A stretch of DNA of 64,000 bases, taken from NCBI GenBank assembly GCA_017499595.2, contig CM039010.1, positions 124,001-188,000 on the forward strand. Direction: 5' to 3'. Source of the DNA: Psilocybe cubensis (taxonomy: Eukaryota). This document shows, piece after piece, positions 35,041 through 48,107 of this stretch (position 1 is its first letter; each line of letters opens with the position of its first letter). The notes under the pieces are model-generated. The model made no database searches. It was not told where the DNA came from and saw only the letters and a program-made list of their open reading frames with translations. A program made the translations under genes and the position numbers.

Positions 35041-37949
35041 TTGGTAAGTTTTGTTTGCTTTTTGGTGGTGTGATACTGGTTTAATGTTTATGATTGAATT
35101 TTTTCTTTTCTTTTTTTTTTTTTTTTGGATTTGTAGGCATCCCGACGACGTTATCCCTCTCGACCGCTACCGCCTGCTGTCCTCTTTTTTTCTTTTTTTT
35201 TTCTTTGTTTTTGAGCTCGGTTTTTCGACTTCTTTTTCTTTTTCTTTTGCGTTTCATTTTGGTTTTGATTTTGATTGCTTTGGTCTGTTCATTTTAATAC
35301 TCGCTTTTCTTTCGCATGACAAAATAATACCACGTACATGCCCTACCCTGCATTCCATCCATTCATCCATTCATCCATTCATCCATCCTCGCTTCTCGCC
35401 TCTCATCCTCGCCTCTCGCCTCTCGCCTCACTTCCATCGTCATCGTCATTGTCGTCATTTTTTTACATGACACAAACACAACGATCCTCCGCCATTGACT
35501 TGGCGTCGAGTTGATCGCTTCCCCCCTTTTTTTTGCTTTTTTACACACACACACCCTAGCAAGCGGACTTGCGTGCGCGCACTTCTTGATTGTATGTAGC
35601 CGTGCCGCTCTCCGCTCTCCTTTCTCCGTTATCCACTTCTTCATCCACTTTTGCATGACCTGATCGTGATGGTATGTGAAGGTTTGGGGTTGAGGTTGAC
35701 GTTGAGGGGTTGGGCCATGGTGTTGGAGTTCTTTGGGTTTGGGTTTAGGCTTCTTGTGGTTTTTTCTTCTTCTTCTTCTTCTTCTTCTTTTGCTCGTTCA
35801 CTTCGTTCTTACGCACACGCGCCACACCGCACCACACCACTCCGCCATTAGCAAGATCGCCCTTTTTGATTTCGTTTGAAGTTGAACTCTTGTGCTCCTC
35901 CTCGTCTCTCGTCTTCTTTCACCGTCTGTTTGATGGAGTGGAATTTGGATTGTGGATTCGAGTTAGTTGAGTCGAGTTGAGTTGAGTTGAGTTGAGTTGA
36001 GTTGGGTGGTTGAGCGGCCCGGGAGATCTTTGGGGTTTCTTTTTCTCGTTTTTGTGGTTGTTGGTTGTTGGTTGTGTGATCTTTTGGGTTTTGGTTCGGG
36101 TTTGGATTTAGCATTAAGCTTTTTTTGGTTTTTTTGGTTTGATTTTTTTGATTTTTTTGGTTTGGTTTGATTTCTTTGGTTTGAATTTTTTGGTTCGTGC
36201 GTTTGGTTCCTGGTTTCTGGTTATTGTTTCTGGTTTTGATTTATTGATGTCTGGCTGCTCGCTTAAATGACGGGAAGATGAAGACGAATGAAGGAAGACG
36301 AAGATGAAGATGAAGATAAAGATAAAGATTTTATTATGATGATACGATACACCTCCCTCCCACTCCCCCTCACCACCGCGTCTATACCCATATCCAACCC
36401 GAACCAACCCACTTCCTCCTTCCCACCGCCCCTCCACACCTCATCGGCGAATGTCTCGACGGCACCTCGTCGTCGCCGTGCCTTCGTATGCCCTGGACGC
36501 GGCACTGGATCTTGGCACCTCACTCTCACTCTCACCCTTACACCCTTACACCCTACACCTGGCACCTGGCACCACCCCATAAAGCCCAGTGCATCTTGGA
36601 TTTTAACGTCCGAGTCGCTCTCTGGGCCTTCATATGCGATTTTAAACACATACACTATGATATGCGATACACGCGTTGTCCGTTGTCTGTAGACGACGCT
36701 GACACCCCACTTACTCACTGCTCGACGCATCCCCCCTCCCCTACGATATGGATTATCACGACCACGACAATTTATTCCAACAACAACCACACTACAACTA
36801 CAACTACTACACATGCAAGCCATGCACCCACGGCGTTGTCACGCCACACCACACGTTGTCACGCCACACCACACACCACCACTTTTTTTTGTTCAGCCAC
36901 GCGTCTTCTCCCTCCCTCCCTCCCCGTCGTCGCGGCGATGGGTCGAGGTCGAGGTCGAGGTCGAGGTCGAGGGACACCCACACCCACACCTATACACCCC
37001 ACAAAGATATAAGATATATCGATAACTTTTTTTAAAAAGCTGTATATGATCAGTAACGACACCTACGACGTGATTTCTTGTTTTTTTAGTTAAAAGGTTA
37101 CATACAGGCAGGTTTACGATCTCACATTCCCTCCCCCTTTTTTTGGGAGATGGGGAATGTGAGTTTTTTTTTCGTACTGGGACTGGAATCTGTAGCTTTT
37201 TTTTAGGTGGTTTTTTAGATTAATGGAAAAAAACTGGTTTTTTAAGGTGTTTTGTGCGTGATTAGATTAGATTTGGAGGGATGGTACTGACTATAAAAAT
37301 CATGCGATGAACTGTTTGTTGCGTTTATTACTTTGTAATACTAATATAAGACTCGTTATGCTTGCCTTTTAGAGTCTCCAGCTTGTAGATGCGTGGCCAC
37401 CTCCACTGGCAGATCTGGGGACGAAGCTTCCCATTTGGCATTTATTGTCGCGTAACGGCTGGTCCTCCTACTTTCTCATCGCATATGCGGGCCCGTGCTC
37501 GGGATTCGGGAAATGAACAATGTTGCACCAGATGTGCTGTATGAATCCTGTTGGTCCAAGTATATCCTGAAGCATCTTATCTCGCTGTATGTCCCTGAAT
37601 CTTTACAGTACCGCTTTTATCTCATCGCCTTTTTTTAGTGCGGAGGCCAGGAATAACAAATCGATTCTAGGCACGGGATGTTCAGAGACGTGTAATATGA
37701 ATCATGGGATTTCGAGTGCCCAAGTATAGCTGGTGAACGATTGGCCGCTGAGTCTAGCTATGAGTAAGCCAGTACAGTAGGCAGTGTTCATCGATTGATT
37801 GTTGGAACCACGGTAAAGGCGCCCTGTCTCCCGTCATATCGTTCGACTTTTACAACAAGTGCTAATGAGTGCTGGACAGCAGTATGTTCTCTTAACTCTT
37901 TCTTGTTCTGCGTTTTTGGGGAACTGAGATTGAATCTCTGATACATTAG

Positions 37950-38656
37950 GGCACCAGGCGAAAGATTCTCAGTGATCTTGTGCAAAGTAGACAGCATAGA
38001 AGATGTCGACAACGTGATCGCTCTCTACCACCGTGAACTCGAAGAGTTCCCTCCGCAACATCCAAACAAGTGCCACTTGATTGGAAGCTTCGCAGATGCC
38101 CTCACTACTCGATTTCAATATACAGGCGCAAAGAGTGATATAGACAATGCTATCACACGGTACCAGGAGGCACTCGACCTTTTCTCACCCAACCAGACCG
38201 GGCGCGATACTGCTGCCTTCTCACTTGGATTAGCGTTGAATCTTCGGTACGAAAAGTTCTTTACAACGAATGACATCGGTGATTCGATTTCCAACTCTCG
38301 CGAGTCCCTTCGTTTACGACCTCTTGGGCACCGGGGTCGTCCCAAGTCTCTTCATCAGCTCATGTACGCTTACATGAGGCGATATGAACACCAAGGATCT
38401 GTAGATGACTTGGAGGAAGCAATATCGTTCGGTCGCGAATCACTCGACCTCTTGGGTCGTGATCCAGAAGATCATTCATCGACATGGAGCAGATTCTTCA
38501 CTAACCTTATTTCAGACATTGGACAGCAGGAGTCTACCACAGATAATTATGGAAAAGTATTGTCCAGAACTCGTGAAGTGATCCTCGTTGGTGATAACGA
38601 CCCACTCCGTCTATCAATTATCAGCAACCTCGGTGCTGCTTTGACGTGGCGGTATG
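37950..38656 (+). pseudogene. TPR-CHAT protein gene, 5' part (TPR-like repeats), interrupted by the KDZ element
   Basis: Repeats such as RYEHQGSVDDLEEAISFGRESLDL and LRPLGHRGRPKSLHQL match the repeats that resume at 51581. Upstream exons are unresolved. Confidence 0.85.
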
Positions 38657-39145
38657 AGCAGGGCCAGTTGTTACACTGTGCTGAGCCGTACTGTACACGG
38701 GACATACACAGTGTGGAGTGTGTGAGGTTCAAGCGGATCCGCTGACCCGGTAAGTATTTTATCCATATGGGGTAATATACACAGTGTGTTGGGCACAGTG
38801 TTCCAGCGGGGTCACTGTCCAGCATACCAATCTGGCAGACATCTACTCAGCGGACACAGTCTTTCTACTCAACGGACACTGTGTTATTTGGCGTCGTCCC
38901 AAAATCACTTGGGCGAGGCGTGGTTGGCGAGCATTTGGCACCAATTGCCATTCCACCGTATCATGTATACACAGTGGATTTACTTTGGTCTGCATTGGTG
39001 GAACCTAGTCATTGTTGGTGTGTACATAAATACTGACTCTACTTAGAGAGTATTAATTATTTTTAAACTACGTGTTCTAAAGCTATTCATCAAGAGGCAT
39101 TACATCAAAAAAAGGAACAGGTATTTTAGGAAGTGTGATGCTGAT

Positions 39146-41231
39146 TTAGTGATAGTTATCTGGCCGAGATGGTTGTGGGGAGCGCTCAAGTCCGCTAAAG
39201 AGATTCGACAGTTCGTCAGCACTGCCATCGTATTTAGAAGAATGAGAGGAAGGTTCATAACTACATGGCGAGGGTGTTGATTCCCGGGGCGGTACTGCAA
39301 AATTAGCATACATGAATGCCAGATCGTCCTGTATTAACGCTCCCGGCGTATCTAATGGAGGGTGCATCCTTTCTTGAGCTGCTTCAACGTTAATATAGGA
39401 TGTTCGGGTTGTTGGCGAGGCATTTAATTCAGTTGATCCTACTGATACCGATTGAATTCGGCATCCTGAGGTATGACGAACATCGCAGTCGGAGATCTGT
39501 GAGTAAAGTGCCCCAAGCTTATCCTCACACGATAATAGACTGTTGGATGTCACTGGGCCTGAATCCGACATCGATTCATCATGATATGGCGAGGAGATTT
39601 TGGCAGAATATACTGATGGGTCATCACTATGATCAGGGTCATTGGGCAAATCAGGTGGAAGGTCGCAAAAAAGCGCGGCTAGCGTGTCTTCTTTCTGTGA
39701 TGCGATGCCGTTGACTGCACTGCGATCGGGGTTATTGGGAAAAGCAGGTGAAAGGTCGCAAAAAAGAGCGGCTAGCTTGTCTTCATTTTGTGATGCAATG
39801 TCGTTGGCTGATGGTGTGAGGTCGGAATACATCAAAGCAAGATTGTCCTCAAATGCCGGTCGATGTAGATGATTAGAAGCATAATGACTATTTTGTTGGC
39901 TCCCGGGATGTAATAAAGGGCCATCGTCATCAGAAGGAAACATGTCACCATCAGAATGTAATGCAGAATTTCCACCCGATTTCAGGCTATTGTATAGGGC
40001 GGCCAGATTGTCTCGGAATGGAAATGCTGTTGGTGCAGATTTGCCGATGTGGGTGCGTGTGGATGGCGAGGCGTTTGGTGTGGGATTGTTAAGGTGAGTG
40101 AGTGTAGATGGCGAGGCATATAGTGGATGGTCTTCTGAGTTCACGGGTGGCAATCAGAAACCAGTTACATAGAATGGGGCAGCGACATACCTTCAAATTG
40201 GGTGTGCAATAGAACATTTTTGTATTCTCGCCGTTTCTGTGAGGCATGTGACTGTTCTTCGCCCACCTGGTTGTCATTTGGCGAAATGTGATATTGAGCA
40301 TCTACTGGACTGGACGATGTGGGAAGCTCGGTTCTAGATACATTGAAGGTATTTGCTTTGTGAGGAGACGGCGATTCTTGGCTTGAAACACTCATATTAC
40401 TGTTTACGTCTGGCCACCAATCTTTTGCATGATACCGAGGTCTGCCCGTTACTTTTTGATTTGCGTTCGCGGCCGGGGAGCTTGAAAGCACTCGAGTAGG
40501 TGTTGCAGGTTGCTCTGTACGGTCCCCTCGGTGGCCAACCACCAGTAGGTTATCCTTTTCTGCGCATGCCACCACTGAGATCCATTCTGACACAACGGCT
40601 GGGTCACTACCAAATGACCAGTTTTGCATGCCATGATTGGGTTTGATTATGCTCGACATATCAGGTCCCACCAATATATGCAGCTGCTCACAATGATACC
40701 GAAGGCATTCCTCAACAGACCAATCACCAATAGCTTTCCCGGTTGCTTGTCCTCCAAGTACCTCTGAATCCTTCCACCATGCTTGTTTATAACTGTCCAC
40801 TGTTCTAGAAATGGCTTTGTTTGACAACCCGGAATACAATGATTGCATGAATTTAATATCGAAGGAAATAGGCAAATCACTCGGTGACACCCTTCCAAAC
40901 GGCGATTTTGCCAATGTACGCAGGAAACATGGCACATCAACAACATGACCAATAGTGGTGCTATATCCTACACAGGACATAAAATAATTCTAATTGGGAT
41001 TGAAAATTAGATTTAGAAACCTTGAAAAATCTGTATACGAACCAATTCTTTACGCAGCAAGAGCTGCAGCCCTTTTTGATGTTTCAGAGGTTTTGTATGA
41101 ATTTCGCAAAGGGCGTTTCTTAATCTTGATTCCCCATAGTCAATGATAGCTTGCAGGTATGAAAGGTACGATGAATCGGAAAGCGAACAAGATTCAGAGG
41201 AACTTGACATATTGATTGACTGACTAGACAT
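39146..41231 (-). CDS. KDZ element gene A: unknown ~650-aa protein with seven D-x-L-x-x-(L/M)-(Y/F) motifs
   Basis: ORFs 41013-41252, 40165-40980 and 39146-40153 join in frame through two short GT-AG introns (IFQ/GYSTT and QFE/EDHPL). Confidence 0.7.
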
Positions 41232-41297
41232 TTGGTACAGTACAAACTGCAAACCCCACCAAAATGCAAATTTACCCCACTTTCTCGCCAGCTAAAT

Positions 41298-44200
41298 TTA
41301 GAATTGCTTTTTATAGTTTGGATTGGTCATCCGAAATAGATAATCTGCTTGGCGGGCGAGATTATCCCAAAGCGATGCTTGGCGCTCGGCATATGCTATT
41401 CGCCCTCGCTGCACCATGTCGCCAACCAATACCTCGCCATTGCTGTGCACAGAAGCACTACACCTCCACCACTCGGCTTTATGGACGAAGTAATTCACAG
41501 TCCAGAGCATCTCGTAGTCCAGGATTGTGGCCTCCTCATTCCATCTCTGAAACTGCGCCCTAGCACGCAGCCAGTGAACCCTTTTGACTGGTGGATGGCA
41601 TCGCTGATTGAGCTAGAAGACAACGACATGGAATTGAACATGTACTTACATTCGGTGAGTGTTTCTGGATCCGTTTCGTCCAGATCAATAGCGCCATTTT
41701 CAGCATTGGCGACATGAAATTCACCACCCTCGGCAATAATGTTTGGACCAAGACGTTGAATAGCAGTATGCCATATCCATGACAACTGTACTCTCGTGGA
41801 ACCAGGTGTGTTTGGATCCAGAATTGCTGTACTTGTCTTTACATCCTCTTTTTTCAGCACTTGGAATTTTTGAAGGGTAGCATTGTCTGCGCCAAGTAGG
41901 ATCAAACGTGCCCAACATTCTGTGTACAACTGGCTATAAAAGGTTATTTGGTGGTTCATGTCGTCAATTTTGGCTCTTGAACGTGTTCTGACCCCCTTTC
42001 TAGGTGCCTTGCAAATGACATTTGAATACTGAAAAGATTTCTCGGCAATCAGGTTGCGAATTTTATTGAGATGTGATTTTGCTTGAAAAATTCGCATCTT
42101 CAGCTCGTGTGGAGCCAGACTTCTGCTTGCGTTTCCGTGGGATGGAAGGCATATCTTGTGATCTTCAATGAGCTCAACAGATGGTGCAGTAGCTTGTCTT
42201 TCTTCTACCACCTCATCGGGCGAGCACTCATCTGCCCAATCTAGTAGCTCCACAATACTTCCTTGTCGAGTTGTATTTTCTTCAATAATGCCAGCACCTT
42301 CTTGTAATCGCTCAAGTTCTCCTAGGAGCGGTCTTAATTTGTCTCGAAGTGTTTGGATCTTATGAGGATCCGCATGCCGAGGCAACTTTGTCAATTGGCG
42401 AACACAAAGGCGAATTTCAATCCTATATCCCAAAATTAGCTAGGTGAAGTTAGAATTTATAAAATGAAGGATTCTTACTCTTTTTCTTCAACAATTAACG
42501 CAAATTGTATATAGGCCTCTACTGGGTCCTCTGTAATCAATGCAGCATCTGAATCGAGAGCTTCGCCATCCTGTCCTCGCCCTTTTGCAGCATAAATATC
42601 CATAACATTGGGTGTGGTTAGTCGTTGAGCCTCTGCATCCGTAATTTGGCAAGTCCAAAGATTTACAAGGTCCTGGGGCACTACTTGAGACACTTCGGCA
42701 AAATACTTCTGGGTTGAATCACGAGTTTCGATTGCTTCGACATAACGTCGGCAAAGATCTTTCGGCATGTCGAGGGCTTTTTTGTGGTTGGAGTCCGTTG
42801 CGTGGTCATCTAGCATTTCGGCTCTATGTGCAAGTGTGGCTGTTCTAGCTGTTGGCGAGATTCCATTTAGCTTTGCCCACAAGGTTTCAAGAATTTCCCC
42901 AATAACTCTGGCAGCACCTGGGATGAAAGATGGCGAATAGCAAAACAGACATTCATCTTTGTGCGCATGCACATGAAACAATCCAATAGCACGATCAAGG
43001 TCCAATCCCTCAGGAAGTAAGTGACCGATCCTCTCTTTCACGTATACAAAGAATTGGCAGATGACATCATACATGAACATCAACCCCTGTTTAGGATGCA
43101 CACCAGTTGATTTGATGGCGGCGAGCAAGGCAAAATCCACGTTTTTTTGCTGCTCGCCTTTAAACAAATCAACTAGTGAGTTCGGAGCATAACATCCATG
43201 CCGAGCACATGCGATGCCCACAACTCCTGTTACATCACAGGATTTTGACGCTTGTAAGGCACCTGTGATTGCTCGGAATGTGTTTTCGCAGGGTGCACCC
43301 TGCAGATTTTCCTTTGTTAACATTGTCAAAATTGAACCAAGTTGTGCAGACCATACCGTTAACTTCTCAATAGCGCTCTTCAAGAACGCATGATACTCCT
43401 CGCGGTTGGGTATTATTCCACTTCCTTCAGACAGCCATACATCATGAGATGGCTTCTTAGGTTGTACGTGATCAGCTTTAAAATTCCCATCGGCCATGAG
43501 AATTTGGCGATAAACAAACCGATTGGGATCCTCTTCCCAATTGCTTGGTAGGTTGATTCCAGGTTGAGGGCATGCAGGACAGTAGTTGGCGAGCTCGCCA
43601 TTCTCAACCTCGGCAACCTTTTTTCCATTATGTCCAGCATAACCTGCCCATTTGAGCTTCTTTGTCCATCGCCAAAGCCGTGTCATACGACGAAACTCAT
43701 TATACAGGTCAACTACTCCTGACGGATTCATTGGACTAGTTATTCGGCGAAGTAAGTGGTAGAACTGATATGCCGATGCATGCAGTTCTAGATTGGCAAG
43801 CCGAAAGCCATCCAAAACTTGTGCTGAGAAAAGTGTTCTGATTCTGATAAAACTTGTAGGCCAAAGGCGGAAAGCAATCAAATCGCAAGGAATGTTATGC
43901 ATGCCACTACATGAGCATGTCACCAAGGATATGTGGTGAATCCCATTGGTATGTACCACACGTACTCGTGCAGCGTGATTATAGTTCATGTCATTCCAGT
44001 TGGTTGGCTCAGTCTCGTCTTCGCCATTTTCCTCACTAGCTTCGGCATCATCATCGGGTTCCTCTATAGGTTCGGAATCCGACCCATTACACAGTGCATC
44101 CAGGTATTCAAAGAAATTTTGATCCTGGAGTAATTCAAGGTTAATGTCGGCTGCAGCAGTTGTTCTTTGCTCTAGTTCGCCGTTTGGTTTGCCGTTGTCG

Positions 44201-44971
44201 CCATCTATCTCGCCGTCTTGTGCAATATCAACAGGTGCGTTGTCGACAGTCGGAATTGCTCGCCGAAGAGAATGCTGCTCGGCTTCATCTTTGATGCACT
44301 CACTCTCCTCCAATTGCTTTGTTTGCAGCTGTAAACTGTCGCATATCCTGGTACCTGTGTGATGTGGGACAACAACTGTTGATCCTACTTCCCACAGTTC
44401 CGCAGATCGAAAGTTTTTTCCATTCCAACACTCAACTCTGTGAAATGGATCCTCCATATGCGCATGCCGCAGACATTTGCGGCACATAGTACGTCCTAAT
44501 GCACAGTCTTTACACCTCCAGATTGCAATTTTTCCCCCTCGGCAAGATTGACATAGTCGTTCATTATCAAGAAGCGCTTCCCGGGATAGTAAAGCACCCA
44601 GAAAGGTATCAACACGTTGAACAAATTGTAATATGTAGTCTTTCTGTGTCTGTGCAACATATCACTGTCTTCCTTTTTTACTACATTATTTAAAAATATT
44701 GACATACCTTTTTTTTGGGGGTCTCAAGAATGGTTTCGTTGTCATTTACGCCATTGTTGTGATATTCCCACTCGTCCTGAACGTTAGATCCCGTAGCAGC
44801 GCCATTGTGTTGTTGCTTGTAACTAGCTCTGGGATCCTGCACTGGTTTTATAATGCGCTGGACATCTACCTTGCCATCTTCATCAACTTTACGAACCTTC
44901 CGTACTGTGACGTATTGTGCTGCATCCACTTCTCCTTCTACTAGTCGACTCCTCTTGGATTTTCTACCCAT
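41298..44971 (-). CDS. KDZ transposase with CxC2-type cysteine cluster (~1,146 aa, 5 exons)
   Basis: CQSC..WRCKDC..CRKC..H..PFHRVECWNG, VHTNGIHHISLVTCSC, CPACPQPGINLP, DGNFK, CARHGC, YDVICQF, FHVHAHKDEC, GEILETLW and C-terminal RVHWLRARAQFQRWNEE..EMLW. My exon model totals 3,441 nt with no internal stop. Confidence 0.93.
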
Positions 44972-45155
44972 AATGTGAAAATACAGATAGAGGTTGGTTA
45001 TCAAAGTTTAACAACAAAGGTGCGTCAAATGTATTTTGCTGACTCCGGCACAAGTAGTATGCCTGCAGAACATTGTCCCGCCCACATTTCCTTCAATAGA
45101 AACCATTGAAAATTTTACCAATGTGGTGTCCAAATATCTTTGAACCGCTACCATC
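44972..45155. promoter_or_regulatory. Probable bidirectional promoter between the transposase and gene B
   Basis: Only 184 bp separate the two divergent ATGs. Confidence 0.5.
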
Positions 45156-48024
45156 ATGTCACAACTTCCTATGAACGTGTTGGACAGAAATGTCCGGGCA
45201 TACAACAGGGAAGAAAGAGCATTAATTGATGTATACAAAGAGGATTATATCACGTCATCTACACCAAACAACCGGGCTGCAATAGTTAATACAAAAATGT
45301 TTCCTGCCCTTAAAACGCACTGGGACAAAAATGGGATCAACTATGATCCTGTCAAAGCCAAAATGGTATGTCTGCCCTGTTGACTTGGTATAACACCCAC
45401 TAACGACATGAAACAAAAAATGACCAGGACTTGTTAAAGTGGGCTCAAAACTGCTGGAGACTATCTTCTCAGAAAGGAGTTCCAAAGTCCTCTAAAGTCC
45501 TCAAAGTACGAAAATCAGATGTTGTGGCACGCACTATGAAGGATGCCGTCGAAGCTGAGATTGATGCTTTGTTGGACCCTGAAGATTCTAACAAAATCCA
45601 AAAAAGGTTTTCTGTTCGTAACCTGGCGGTTAGCAATATCATCAAAAGGATGACCTCAACAGAATTGAAAAACCTGGAAGAAAAAGCGGACAAAATGTCA
45701 GAAGAAGGATATCCTCAAGAAATTTGTCGACAGTCAGTTTATTTATACATTTCATTGATTAAGCTCTCATTCATTATTGGACTATTAGACTTGCCGAAAA
45801 ACATTCCGAAACTCGCTTGAAAGCCAGCGCAAAAGCTCACTGGCTGGAGTTGGGATTTCTTTCTGTCACATTCGCTGCTTTTGAGGATTCCACTGGTAGG
45901 GTTGTGGCTGAAATGTTAGTATTTAATCCTGGTGATACAAGAGCCACCTTACTGAGATTTAAATCTGTAGACATGACGACATTGCGGAATTGCTGGGTGT
46001 TCAAAAGTCCATGAAGATTAAGTCCTTTGAGGAAACTTACCCAAAGCAAGCTCACGAGATACAACGTCTGATGATTGAATATGTTCGCAATGTCATTGAC
46101 AAATCACAAGGAAGAGAGATGATTGCAGCTCAGGAAAACACTTTGGGGAGTAGCGACGATGGGTTTCCAATCATTGGGCCAAGTTGGAACAAAGAGAAGT
46201 TAGGCAAGGCCGACGCTTCTAAACTGTATCGTGAATATCTTTCAAAGCATTACAGTAAGTCACCAGCTCTACGGAATTCATCTACTGCTCACCTTTGATG
46301 TAGAATTGGCAACAAATGGTCGAACTGAACAAGTACCTTACGGTGACATTATGATGGATGTCTCAAAATTCATCCACAAGGACTACCTGCCTTTGGGATT
46401 TGTATTCAAGGACCCTCATAACACTGGTATAGACGACATTAAAGCATTCTTTGACCACATATATGATCGTGAGCAGAATGTACAACCTGCCGAGGTCTTT
46501 CGTTTTCACAGCATTACCACTTCACGTATCAATGGAACTGTGGTCCCGGCTTGCTACGGAAATGGACCCGAAAACCATGAAGATGTTCCTGCTCCATTGA
46601 ATAAACGACAGCGGCGAAAAAACAAAAAAAGCGCTCAGCAAAAGCCAGATTCTGTGAACACTGTCAACACCAACAATGCCGACGTGTTGCCTCGCCCAAA
46701 TTCCGATGGCGAAATCAATGCAGAAACTCTAGCTCACCCGGAATTGCCTGGTAAAAGCAATGCTGAAACGACTCACCCGGGGGTCTATCGAAAGGAGAGT
46801 GTTGGAGTACCTGTTCGCCTTCACAATCATGGCGAGGGAAATGCCGACACACCTAACCGCCTTCATAATCATGGCGAGGGGAATGCCGACACACCTAACG
46901 GCCTAGTCAGTAATGGAGGAAGCAATGCCAACAGAGGATTACAGCTCAATGTGGATGGTGAAATCGTGGAATACCATCCTAAGCTTTCTCGGCATAACGT
47001 TCTTGGCCGAATTGATCCTCTACAGGTTGACGACGAGGTCATGTTCCAATACCTATGCGATATAGGTGCCTTTAGCTTTCCACCATTAGAAAATGTGACT
47101 GTACCTGTTGCGTCATCGAGCTCTGGCCAATCTTCTACCACCAATGCTATGCCACAGTTATCGTTTACTGAAATGCTGATGGAAGATTACCATGTGCCGG
47201 GTGGTAACCTGTTTGATATATCAGAAACGCCATCTATGGCAAGAAACACTATTGGAAATTCCAAATCAATTACCAATGGTCCAGCGCCTGTTGGAATGAG
47301 CTTGGAACTTCCATCTATGGTAAACAATGAATGGAGTTATACGGGAATGATGAATGAAAATGCCAAAAATGATACCGCGATACGCGTTTCCAATGACGCC
47401 GCCAAGGCCTACATGGATACCATTCCTCAAGCAAGTGCTGTTCAATCCCGTGTTCCATCCCCAAAACCCCTTGTATGGCGTCAGGTTAATATGAATCCTA
47501 CACTGGCGCCAACATATTCAGATGAAGAGATGATAACGGGTACGACAATCCAATTGAAAACTGCAAACACACCTACAATCATTAAGGCTGCAGGAGAATT
47601 GAATGATGCCAGCCAAGAAACACATGGTTTGAATGAGCACTCAGCTTCTAAACAACCGAGGGTGCGCACAGCAAGAAACAAAAGGGTTGTTTCAGATTCA
47701 TCTCCAGCCCAAATTTTGAACCGCGTACTCACTGACATGCCAATGACCCCCACCAAAGCAACCTCTCAACCACCCAAATCCAATGCCGTTGCTTCCAAGA
47801 AGCCTGTAGAAACATCCCATAATTTGAATGGCTTGGAACAACCTGCAAAAGGTGTTGTTAATCAATCCAAGCGAAAAGCAAATACTGCCGTCGATGAGTC
47901 TGGGAATGCTCAGAATGGTCGAACTGCTAAAAAAGTCATGACCTCCGATGTTTTGGCTATGCATGAGGCCGATAGCATGAAGGTAAAGGGAAAGCGAGTC
48001 CCCAAGAAGAGAATACGAGAGTAA
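45156..48024 (+). CDS. KDZ element gene B: unknown multi-exon protein (ordered N-half, disordered basic C-half)
   Basis: Five exons join in frame through GT-AG introns. Contains VPYGDI..YLPLGFVFKDPH..FFDHIYDRE..VFRF, a 42-bp tandem duplication (46816-46899) and basic NLS-like stretches (KRQRRKNKK, KGKRVPKKR). Confidence 0.75.
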
Positions 48025-48107
48025 AGAGTAGCACAGATAAACATTGCGGGTCTAATATAATTGGATTGTTCAAGTAAAAGTACAGAATAAGGGTAATAAT
48101 AAAGTAC

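Larger units (their letters stand above)
12770..37200. repeat. Microsatellite/low-complexity-saturated domain
   Basis: Dense 3-, 5- and 6-bp tandem motifs and poly-T runs in exons, introns and intergenic DNA. Such motifs are rare in the flanks. Boundaries are approximate. Confidence 0.85.

Noticed and set aside
38651-38656. Alternative 6-bp TSD GGTATG (paired with 51585-51590)
   Set aside because: Excision with this pairing shifts the TPR reading frame, whereas the 5-bp GTATG pairing restores both frame and repeat spacing.
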